Assembly (NCBI GenBank): GCA_964270895.1
Contig: OZ185440.1
DNA from: Podarcis filfolensis
Lineage: Eukaryota
Strand: one strand, 5' to 3'
Length of the DNA stretch: 64,000 nucleotides
Position numbers and translations under genes: made by a program. The notes below the pieces were generated by a model. The model was not told the DNA's origin. It saw nothing but the letters and a program-made list of their open reading frames with translations, and did not search any database. Shown here piece by piece: positions 41,601 through 52,694 of the stretch. Position 1 is the first letter of the stretch, and each line of letters opens with the position of its first letter.

Positions 41601-42211
41601 GGCCATATGGATAGTTGTATGTTAAAGGTTTGATGGAACAAGGACACCTAGGCTATTACGCTCAGCTGAAACGTGGCAATAAATCACAACACCATAATGA
41701 GGTTTAATTATTTCAATGGATTACAATACATGCTGGATTATCTTGAAATACATCTATACCTAGGGCTTTTTTTCAGGGGAAACTCACAGGTAGTCAGTTC
41801 TAGCACCTCTCAGGTGGGTGCCAGTGCCATTCTAAGAGAACGAGGGAGGCGTTCGTGGGTAAGTTCCAGCACCTCTTTTTCTAGAAAAACAGCACTGTCT
41901 ATGACTATTTATTAAATTCATTACTTTTTTAATGGTAAAGGAGTATGTAAGCAACTATGGAGCCAGGTGTGCAGTAAAATAAAAGTTAAAATTAAATATT
42001 CTTATGGAACATAGGTTGTTACGGGCACATTTAAAAATATTGAAGACAAAAGAAAACACTTCTATGTTTTCTTATTGCAAATCTTGTACTACATTAAAGA
42101 GGTGGGAACTTTATTGCAATTGGTCACAAAACAGAAAATTTGTGCCAAGTTTCTTCCCAGCCTTTTGTCCTACTCTTCCTCCATTATTAAAACCCTTTTC
42201 TTTTTCTACTC

Positions 42212-42559
42212 TAGGGGTGTGGAACCTCAGGCCTGGAGCAGGGGGATTGTGACACACCAGGCCTTGGCCTCTGTCCCTCGGACGTCTCCCTACACCCCAC
42301 CCCACACTGGCCCTGCTTTAACCCCCAAGTGTTTTTGCCTGCCTGGAATGTGTCCCTGAACTCTGATAACGCCTCTTGCTCACCTGGATAGAGAATAAAA
42401 TTAAGCACTGTGGGAAATTAAGCTACTGTACAATTGTAAAGTTTACATTTGTTGCTCCACCCACTTTTGCCCCTGGCCCCACCCACCACTCATGTGACCA
42501 TCAGAAGGTTGTTCTGAAGGGAATGTGGTCTTTGGTCTGAAAAAGGTTCCTCAGCCATG
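42212..42559. mobile_element. 348-bp hAT-type MITE
   Basis: Ends taggggtgtggaacct / aggttcctcagccatg (12/16 inverted); TSD ttctactc / ttctaccg (6/8). Confidence 0.75.
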
Positions 42560-42825
42560 TTCTACCGAACTGGAGCTGTTGCAAGTATAATTCCATTTAA
42601 TTTCTTTTCTAATGTCAGTTTCCTGGCTACTTAATCATCCTGGAACCCAGATTCTTCTGAAAAGACAAACTTTACAGCACATGGTACCTAATACACTGGA
42701 TTGTGCAAAGAACCAATTGTAGCTTTATTATGGCTGCTATCTTTGACTCCAAGCCCACAAATCTGCCCCAATCCAGCTATAAAGAAATCTATGATTGGGG
42801 GGGATACATCTCTTTCTGGATCATG

Positions 42826-43177
42826 TAAAGGTAAAGGGACCCCTGACCATTAGGTCCAGTTGTGACCGACTCAGGGGTTGCGGCGCTCATCTCGTTTTAT
42901 TGGCTGAGGGAGCTGGCGTACAGCTTCCGGGTCATGTGGCCAGCATGACTAAGCCGCTTCTGGCAAACCAGAGCAGTGCACGGAAACGCCGTTTACCTTC
43001 CCGCCAGAGCGGTACCTATTTATCTACTTGCACTTTGACGTGCTTTTGAACTGCTAGGTTGGCAGGAGCAGGGACCGAGCAACGGGAGCTCACCCTGTCG
43101 CAGGGATTCGAACTGCTGACCTTCTGATTGGCAAGTCCTAGGCTCTGTGGTTTAACCCACAGCACCACCCGTGTCCC
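42826..43177 (-). mobile_element. Full-length Sauria SINE with perfect 12-bp TSD
   Basis: TSD ttctggatcatg at 42814-42825 and 43178-43189; reverse complement starts gggacacgggtggtgctgtgggttaaaccacagagcctagg (tRNA head, B-box gttcgaatcc) and ends ccctttacctttac. Confidence 0.95.
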
Positions 43178-43324
43178 TTCTGGATCATGAACCTCACCCA
43201 AATGTGTATCTGCTTATTTGGGTGTGGATGCTATCTGTCTATACTGCACTGCATCCAATGGGATGAGTATTTTAATGTTCTGTTGCAACAGTTCATGTGT
43301 TGCATTTTACTAGAACTCAAACCA

Positions 43325-43540
43325 ATAGATTCAAGTTACAGAAAAGGAAATTCTGACTAAACATCAGGAAGAAATTTCTGACAGTTAAGAGCTGTTCGAC
43401 AGTGGAACAGACTCCTTTGGAAGATGGTAGACTCTCCTTCCTTGGAGGTTTTTAAGCAGAGGTTGGATAGCCATCTGCCATGGATGCTTTAGTTACAGGG
43501 GGTTGGACTAGATGACCCTCAGGATCCCTTCCAACTCTAC
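43325..43540 (+). mobile_element. CR1 LINE 3' end
   Basis: aacatcaggaagaaatttctgacagttaagagctgttcgacagtggaacagactcc...ccttccttggaggtttttaagcagaggttggatagccatctg...ggttggactagatgaccctc...ccaactctacaattctatga. Confidence 0.9.
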
Positions 43541-43699
43541 AATTCTATGAATATCTGGTGGGTTCTTTATTTGGGGATCACAAAAGGTCTCTTTGGCAGG
43601 CCAGTGTCTCTCGGAGCCAACAGCAACCTAGCTTTGACGATTAAAAGAAAATAGACAAATTTAAATAAGGTAGGGTGTTATCAATGGACAAATGTCCAA

Positions 43700-43862
43700 T
43701 AACAGAGGTAGTATACCTCTGAATACAAAATGCCATGGACAGGAGAGGACACTCATGGCTTCCTTGTCAGCTTGGGACTATGCTTGTAAGCTATATAGCA
43801 TGCAGTTGTTGCACACTGAATACAGGACTAGAAGGCCTATGGCCTGACCCTGGAACAAATAC
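43700..43862 (+). mobile_element. Degenerate CR1 3'UTR (same type as 19676-20092)
   Basis: gaggtagtatacctctgaatac...aggagagg...caggactagaaggcctatggcctgaccc. Confidence 0.45.
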
Positions 43863-43981
43863 CACAATGGAAAGAAAGTTTCTGCAGCACTGCTCTGATA
43901 AAGTGAGAAGCTGGCAATGCATCTATCTTTACACCAGGTCCACACTGCCCTGGTAGTTTGGGCAATGGTAGCATGGAAAGG

Positions 43982-44330
43982 TGACATATGGAAGTGAGAG
44001 CTGGACCATAAAGAAAGCTGATTGCCGAAAAATTGATGCTTTTGAATTATGGTGCTGGAGGAGACTCTTCAGAGTCCCATGGACTGCAAGATGATCAAAC
44101 CTATCCATTCTGAAGGAAATCAGCCCTGAGTGCTCACTGGAAGGACAGATCCTGAAGCTGAGGAGAAGGGGACGGCAGAGGACAAGATGGTTGGACAGTG
44201 TCCTTGAAGCTACCAGCATGAGTTTGACCAAACTGCGGGAGGCGATGGAAGACAGGAGTGCCTGGCGTGCTCTGGTCCATGGAGTCATGAAGAGTCGGAC
44301 ATGACTAAACAACTAAACAATAACAACAAT
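43982..44330 (+). mobile_element. Bov-B (RTE) LINE 3' fragment with TSD and internal deletion
   Basis: gaagtgagagctggaccataaagaaagctga...tttgaattatggtgctggaggagactc (ESWTIKKA..RKIDAFELWCWRRL, RTE ORF end); tail gagtcggacatgactaaacaactaaacaataacaacaa; TSD gcatggaaagg 43971-43981 / gcatgggaagg 44331-44341. Confidence 0.93.
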
Positions 44331-46344
44331 GCATGGGAAGGAGCCACTGCATGAACTCCTCCTACAGGACTAGGGACTTCCAATGTCACTGGGGTGGTAT
44401 GGGAAGGACACATGCTAAAATGAGTGTCATACTACTAAGGTAATAATGGAAGAGACCCAAAGATCGAGGAAAGCCAAGAAGACACTGTCCAATATAATAA
44501 TAAAAAAAGATGGATGCAATTTTCAGACAGTTCTTCCCTCTATAACTTTTGTGGTACTAAGGCAATAATGTCAATGAAACAGATTATTGTCACAGATAAT
44601 GGTCACCAGCTCCTTCATAAATTGCAGAAGAAAGAGAGACATATTGATCCAACGGTCACTTTCTGTCATCGTGTCTACGTCTATTACAGCAAATGAAGGG
44701 TATTTAATTATTTTACTTAATGGCTACAATGGAAAAAGACTATGATTGTGCCTCAAGTACCTCTATTGACCTGCTGCATTTTTTGTAGCATCATATTCAT
44801 TAATAGATTTTTGTTGGCTGCAGCCTGTTGGATATAACAGAAGTGAGGCTCTGTAAAAGTAGACAGTGTACAAAAAGAAATACATCATCATGGATTTCAG
44901 CAATGATTCTCTAAGCTCTGTATAATATATCTGACTAAAGTCAGTTCAACTAGTGCTTCTAGTAGCTACCACAGCTGGACACAGGAAGAAACAGAAAAAA
45001 GTTAACACGGTGGTCAGGAATATATGGTGCAGAGCTCCTCCTGTTCCTGTGCAGATACCAACACCTACTCCAGAGGGTGAAGAAAACAGTACAGTGCAAT
45101 GGAGTTTATTACATGTTAGTGTATATCCATTATGCAAGCACCTTCATCAGCCTACAATGGTTTTAGCATACTTTAAAGATTGTGAGGATGGTGTGGTGGT
45201 GGCTTGGTTTTTTTCAAGATATGTACATTTTGGAGTGCCATGACTACCTTTTTATAACCTCTTTTCTACACAGCAATTGATATAGATCAGGGGTGTCCAA
45301 TTGGTTGACAACAAAGGTCCGCAGCTTTGATAATCTCCCCCCTAAAAGAAGCTCAACAACTCTGGGAGAAATTTTCTAACAGTTTTCAAAAACTAGCTAC
45401 ACTGATTGCAGTAAGCAAAGACCCTATGTTGGTGAGTTGCACAGAGGAAATATAAGCATAGGAGGGAATTGTTGTTTTTCAACATGCTCTGTGCTTTTAT
45501 CATTGCTTGCATCCCAATTCTTGCAAGTAAAAAACATTGGCTCTGATAACCGACCACTGGGTCCTCTCCCCATCAACTGGCATTCCAGCAGGCTACTTTA
45601 GTGGGGGAGAAGGACAGCAGGGCTCATACAATCAGATCTGCTGCAAGATGAGGCTCCTCCTGTCACTAACTACTTCCATTCCAGCTAACCATTACAGGAG
45701 CTACTATATAACTGGTGTATGTTTGCCATTTTCCTCTTCCATTCCCACCCCCCTTTCCTTTTGTGTTGTGCCTTTTATATTGTAAGCTTGCAGACAAGGG
45801 ACTATAGTATTTCAGTTGGTTTGGCAGCCTTTTTTGGCTGAAGAATGGGGTAAAAATTATCTAGATAAATAAATAAATAAATAAATACACGTTTGTGCTG
45901 TATTGATGACAAATCCAATAGCAGTGCAACATTCTGAGATTGTAGATAAGAAACCAATCACTCAGAGTGTGAAAAAGAGATCTTTAATGTGCTAACACAG
46001 CTATCCTCTTTCATGTAGTAGCAGTTGAGACTAATGCATTGTGATCTCAAGGTCCTAGTGAGCTTGCTCTTGAAAATGCATTAAATGTTTAGTAGCAAAG
46101 TATCCACGTTGCCTCCACACTGGGCATTTACTGTGAAATAGCTAGGCTTTCCACTCACTTTTTACACGCTCTTCCCATGTTTTTCCTGTTCAGCTTCTCT
46201 TCTCCTCCTTCCCTGCACCCAAGTGCAGAATATGTGATTATTACAGTGGTGTGAGAAATGTGTAAGACAGTTTGAGGAAAAGAAAGGACAAACAATCCAG
46301 AACAACACATTTGATAAAGTGTGTTCTCCTTCATGGAGAGCACG

Positions 46345-47137
46345 TGTTGCAGTGGGGTCCAGCAGGACACCCCCTTTTGGTTGCTGGGTGGGACCGTTTA
46401 GATGGTCAGGCTTGTGATTGGGCTATGTTGGATTGTTGGGGAAATTTTGATGTTGCCAATTTGTGGGATGGACCAAGGGTTTTATATACTGAGCACGCAG
46501 CATTGAGCGCTCTCTTTCGCTGTGTGCACCGGATTACCCGCCCACCCTCCCTAATTTAGGGCTTTTGCATTTCACCTTACTATGCCTGTCATGGGGCCAT
46601 CTGCTTTTGGGGCAGGGGCCTGGTAAGAATTTTGTCCATTTGGCTGATTGGCTGGTACCATTTGGTTTTTCCCTACTGCGTGGCAAATCGTCAACAACTT
46701 GTAAGGTTCCGTTTGGCATTGGTTAAAAAATTGGTTGGTGGAGGGGTAAGGGTTGGCTGTGCATGCTCCTCCAATGCTGCTACTGTAAGGGAATTCCGTT
46801 AAAGGAATCCAGGGGCTCGCCATGCTTTCGTCCGAATCCCTAGTGTGGGGCTTGGGCAGCGCAAGCCCCTGGGAGCATGCGGGGAGAGGTGAGGGTCTGG
46901 TGCCCAGCTCCATTTTCTCCCCAAAATGTTTTCCCTTACTGGCTTTCGCAGGGTTGCGGAAGTCAGTTCTGTCCCTGGGCGGGGTCAGATAGTTGTAACC
47001 AGTGCCTAAGCAACCACTCACATTTTAATAAAGTTGTATTTTAATAAAGTTGTGGCCAAAATTATGCCAAAAACTTTAAACAAAAATTCTGTGTGAATTG
47101 TGCTTTATTTTGGGGGGTGGCTTGGGGACCTCGGCAA
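46345..47137 (+). mobile_element. approx. 790-bp solo-LTR-like element, antisense to NFIA
   Basis: Abrupt GC/CpG-rich block starting tgttgc and ending cggcaa (partial inverted termini); CCAAT 46456-46460, TATATA 46483-46488, AATAAA 47027-47032 and 47043-47048. No TSD identified. Confidence 0.65.
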
Positions 47138-48744
47138 TGGGTATCTATCATGAATTCTTATTTCATCTTTGGAATTCCATCCCAGTTTCATGAGCCTTGT
47201 ATCACACTCTCTTTTATATCCACTGCTGCTCATCTGGGGACCAGAGCCTAACAGAATTTAAAACAACTTTCTTCCCATCAGGTTCAAAGCTTGAAATTCA
47301 AAAATAAACTGGGGGGAAATGTTAAGAGTGGGAGGCCAGGTAACTCAACCAGTTATACCCTTGTGCTGCTATCAAATAACAAAGGGTTTTAAAAAAATAT
47401 ATTAATTTTTTTAAAAAAACATAATTTTAATCAGCACTGTCAGCTCACTATTTTGTGGGCTTAAAGCCTCACAAAAATATTAATCTGTGGTGAGAAACAG
47501 TGAGAGAAGATTATTAATTCTAAGGTTAAATATCTAGCAGCCCGTTTGACCTATATATCAATTTAAAGATATCTAAAGGAGAAGCCAGTACCTTACAGTA
47601 TATGTCAGCCTTCAAAAGGGCCACATAAGTTAAAAAGGACATCACATCTGTGTTGGATTACAGAATGCAGTTAGAAAGAGAAAGAGAGAGAGAAAAGGAA
47701 AGGGGAAAGCAGAATGTTTTATATCATTCAGCTTCACGGAGTGCATTTGATCATGGCAGATTAAAATAAAACAAAATCCCAAAGCCAAGAGCTTTTAGGT
47801 GTATTTATGGCTGTATAACAGTTTATACTAGTTTAAAAATGGAGCCTATGCGGAATTGCACCAGAGTACAAACTCAAGCCTGACGCCGCTTGATTTCCTT
47901 ACCAAGTATCCTCATTATCTCCTCTTTCCTTCGTTCTCCGTTAGCAAGAGTTATGTGATGAAAGTGCTGAGATAAAGTAATGGTAAGGAGGATACCGCAA
48001 GTGGTATTTGAAAAGCAGGAATAATTTACTACGTGTCTGCTTTGTTTTACTTCCCTGTGTCTTCCTGTGGTGAAAGGAAATTCATCTTTTCTGGCAGACT
48101 CCAGCCTTTTTAGGCCTGAGAGCTCCCCAAGCACACTGGAGTGCAGGTAAATGGATGTGAGTCTCCATGAGTACAGTATTAGGAGCAAGGATTTAATGCT
48201 GTGTTTTGCTTGGTCTATCATGCCCAAACTACAAATAAGGCAACACACACTTGTTTGCAAAAACTGCATCAGATGTAGCAGTAACCATAGGGCAGAACCC
48301 TTCCTTATGGGCATCTTGCCTGGAAGTTTACAGATGCATAATGCTTCAGCAGAGAAAAATGCAGTGATTGGAGTGTGAAACTTTGATTCTAACAGTGTTA
48401 CTGCATGTGACATGGAGATAGGGGCTGAATATGTAGATACATGAACAGGAATTGCTGGTAGTCATGTTGATCTTCTCAGCATGGTGCCATCTACATAATT
48501 TCTCCAATATTATGCATGTATTTGCTACAGGTTACAGCTCTGTGGTTTTGAGGTAGCCTTGAATATAAGTATGTTGGCCATTGGATCAGAGCCAGAACAC
48601 TAGCTTCCTGGCAGTGGCATGTCTGCCATTTATAGGAAAGGAGACCAATGAGGCTAGGTGGTGGAGATCAGGGCTGTGTGGGCAAATCAGTGGAAATGCC
48701 AGGTTGGGTCTGCCAGTGTTCCTGTACAGCCCCTAAGATCCAGG

Positions 48745-48872
48745 CTACCTCCACCACCCATAAGCAACACCTATGGGAGTTTCCCCTATAATGCAGTTTC
48801 CATCATCCCAAACTATTGGTCATGCTGGCTGGGGAGTTCGATAGTATCCAGAAGTTCCCCATTCCAGCCTAG
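48745..48872. mobile_element. Degenerate copy of the short hAT-type MITE
   Basis: Core ccatcatcccaaactattggtcatgctggctgggg and end aagttccccattccag. Confidence 0.45.
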
Positions 48873-49364
48873 AATATGAAACTGAAATAATCTTAAGACA
48901 TATATGACTTGGTGAAAAGCAAGCTGCCTGAGAATGAATGGGATTTTTAACTTCCTTTCTAAGAGAAATTGGGAAAGCACTTTAGCTTATCCAATATTTT
49001 ATATGGTTTTGTTAAAGTAAGTGGAAACTTTTTCATACCTGTGAACTCTGCCTGCCCAAGAAAACAGCTGTAAATGTCTTATGTCGCTTTTGCCAAAGTG
49101 AGGATGGGGGCTGGGTGACTTCTGCTAAATCATTTTTGCCAAACAGCAGTTAGTTTAGATTTCATCACTCTTCTAGAATGCATCCTACCATCTCTACATG
49201 CTAAAACTTCTGATACTCTTTTGTATCATTAGCTCTTCCCTTCTTTTATCCCTTTTTCAGCAACTCCACTTTCATGACTAGAAATTTGCCAAGTCGCTTT
49301 CTTCCGGCACCCCATTTCACCTTATTCTTTTCTTTTCCCCCTGCATTATGAAACAAAGGCACTA

Positions 49365-49606
49365 CAGTGGTACCTCGGGTTACATACACTTCAGTTTACA
49401 GGCACTTCAGGTTACAGACTCCGATAACCCAGAAATAGTACCTCGGGTTAAGAACTTTGCTTCAGGATGAGAACAGAAATTGTGCTCCAGCAGCACGGCG
49501 ACAGAGGGAGGCCCCATTAGCTAAAGTGGTGCTTCAGGTTAAGAATAGTTTCAGGTTAAGAATGGACCTCCGGAACGAATTAAGATCTTAACCCGAGGTA
49601 CCACTG
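49365..49606. mobile_element. 242-bp Tigger-like MITE (same family as 37755-37980), TA TSD
   Basis: TIRs cagtggtacctcgggtta / taacccgaggtaccactg; TA at 49363-49364 and 49607-49608; one extra cacttcag.ttacag unit. Confidence 0.92.
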
Positions 49607-50873
49607 TATAGTATTCCTTCCTGTTCTTCTAAACAGCAGTGCTCTTCCTTAAGCCCAACCACTCATCTTTACATTCCCTCCATCTTTTACTATTAACACA
49701 TTATTATTTTTATTACTACTACTACTAGTAATACTTTGAATTACCCACCCTTTACCCCATGTTTTCAGAGAGGGTAACTGCAATTTAAGAACTTAGACCT
49801 TGCCACAGTACATGGCAAGATCTAAGTTCTCTCCGTATTGTTGGCCTAAGAGATTGAAACTGCTTCATGAGAATGGAGTAGCACCAGAGTCCATTGGCAC
49901 ATTTACAAACAGCAGAAACTGTTTTGGACACCACATACACACACCACAATCAAGAACACAATGCTACCTAGCCTATTGGCTACAACAGAATACTTCTCCT
50001 GAGTCTAATTTCAGTTGGGGAGGGGACTCTACAGGCACAAAGGAAGGCCTCTGTGGCTGCACATGCACCCATGGACACCATATTAGCAAGCCCTGGTTTA
50101 ATACAATGGACTGCTTTGACAAGTATTTATTAGAATGACTGTCTTTTAGCTTGCCTGCTCACAAATTCAAAATCAACATCTTTATTTCAGAATTGTGTGC
50201 AAATTAGAAATAACAATAACAAAATAATCACTTAGAACAAAAATCAAGGGGCCTTTTGTCCATAAGCTGCAATTATACTTTAAAAAGTAATAATATAATT
50301 TCCTTTAAGAGGCAAAAGATTTTGTGACAAGTGGTAAGATATTTATGTAGCAGGAGACACAAGAAAAGTTAAGCCAAAAGGATGACTTAAAAAGTAACTA
50401 ACAAATCCAGAAGTGGAACAACAGTATCAATGGTACATAGAAAGACTTCATTCAAACTTTCCAACATTTAAATCGACAAAACAACCTCTCCTGCAATGCC
50501 ATTAAAAAGCCATTACAGAATAAAATCAATTCACGTTAACAATAGTTTGAAAGGGTCTCCCACCTGTCATTTTACAACATAATATAAATTGCAGGATGCC
50601 ACTCTTTGGGGGCAAGCCAACCTAATTTTCAGTAATATTTTGGAATAAGGAAGCCTTGAGAGTCACGGAAACCTAATGCAACACTACAAATGCTTGCCTA
50701 AAATACTGGAATGAATATTACCAAAATATTTACAGCTGCAGAAGCACTCAACTTCTGTAATCTCACACACATTACCTCGTATATTAAATCCGAAATGCAG
50801 TCTAATAATTTTTAAATAAATACATACATGGAAGATAGCTTTGAAGTCCTAAAAAGCCACCTGAGTGACTCTA

Positions 50874-51134
<261 letters not shown>

Positions 51135-51668
51135 CTACTCTGCTTCCTCTGCCCTGTTAATCTTCTGTCTCCCTTGAGTGCTTTGCTCCACCCTTCCAGC
51201 CCTGTGCTTTGGAACAAAAGTCAACTCCTGCTTTCTACTAGCAGGATGTGCTCAGAGGCCTGTAGAGGCCTGGGAAAGAAGGTAAGGTATACTAGCTGAA
51301 AACTTGTTGGTGTTTTCAGTTCCATTTGCCTTTTGGTGGCATGCGGAAACTCCAGGCCAACAATCCCACTTCCTCTACAGTCTAGCCCATAATCCATCTT
51401 ATTTATTTTGGAGACGGCGGACAAAGAAATGTAAGAGGATGAGAGCTTAAGCATGTGTGCGTATACGTGCAAGAGTGTCTCCCCATAGTTTGTCACACCA
51501 GAGCCTAAGTGAACAGGGTGTTCAAACGTAGTATTCAATTTGTAAAGGCCAACAGTACAGATGCTCAGTGTGTGAAAAGGGACACTATGCATGTACATGC
51601 CTGTGGAGCTCATCCATGTAAGGTGGGGATCCTGATTGCCTCAAGATCTCCTCTTGCATAGAGGAACT

Positions 51669-51712
51669 GTATGTATGTATGTATGTATGTATGTTGGTAT
51701 GTTGGTATGTAC
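51669..51712. repeat. (GTAT)n grading into (GTATGTTG)n simple repeat
   Basis: Direct read. Confidence 0.9.
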
Positions 51713-52638
51713 ATAGAAGTCCTCACGAGAGGATGGAGGAGGATGTGGCCACAGGGTGCAGGAGGCGGGTTGCCTGAACTCTGCTTATGTCACTTCCAGC
51801 TGCAAAGGTAAAGTATTTTAGAGCAGGTTGTATAGTCCAATCATTTCTATCCTTCTTAAGGATTCAGCTTTAGCAATAACTTGTTTGCATGGTGGCCCCA
51901 TTTTCATTTTTATTTTTACAAACCTTCAGTGGTATGGGAGGAGGAGAATTGTTTTGACATTTATTCCATGAAGAAGTTTAATTTCATAGCTACTCTGTAA
52001 AAACACCATGTACAAAGTATTGCAGGTTGGAGTGCTCTCCTTTAGGGTTCCAGCCAGCCAGCTATTTCTTCACCCCATTTCATTTCTTTCCCACTCCTCT
52101 AGCCTCGTTTCCATTCCTGTCTGCCCCAAAGTCAGTTAAGCTGCTCATAGCAAGCTCAGTCCTCATTGAACTATGTAGCTCTGGCCCAAAAATGCCTTGA
52201 GTCTGCTGGCACTTCCCTCTTGTCTGTTGCTAGTGTGAATTTCAGTACGTAAGGATCCACTTATGAGGTTACTGTTAGTCTATGCAACAACTATAACTAC
52301 AACAACTGTAACAGCAGGAACTACTACAACAATTACAGCAGCAGCAGCAGCAGCTACAAGTAAGATTTTCCATTCCATTTTAACATGGACTGGTCTTTTA
52401 CGTGGAACAAAGTCATTACGTGATCATTATGAGTAAGGTTTTATAGTTCTCCCTCTCTTTCACATTAACAAACCATCACAGAATAGAACTGGATAAGCAA
52501 AGCAAATTCTGTGGGAAATGAGGAAAAGATTGAGAGAACAAATTGGACATAAAGGCAGCTTCTTTGGGGAGCCAGAAAAGTGCTTTGAGGATTTTGCTAA
52601 ATAGTGTGGCTAGGCAAGGAAATCATTGCTTGGAGATT

Positions 52639-52641
<3 letters not shown>

Positions 52642-52690
<49 letters not shown>
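52642..52690. repeat. (CT)24 microsatellite
   Basis: Direct read. Confidence 0.98.

Positions 52691-52694
<4 letters not shown>

Noticed and set aside
43929-44312. 127-aa minus-strand ORF
   Set aside because: Antisense reading of the Bov-B fragment.
46534-47021. ORFs of 61 and 149 aa in the GC-rich block
   Set aside because: No gag/pol/env motifs; long frames are expected in GC-rich LTR-like DNA.
47874-48413. Longest ORF in the track (179 aa, minus strand)
   Set aside because: No recognisable domain, Leu/Ser/Cys-rich composition typical of translated non-coding DNA, no convincing exon boundaries.
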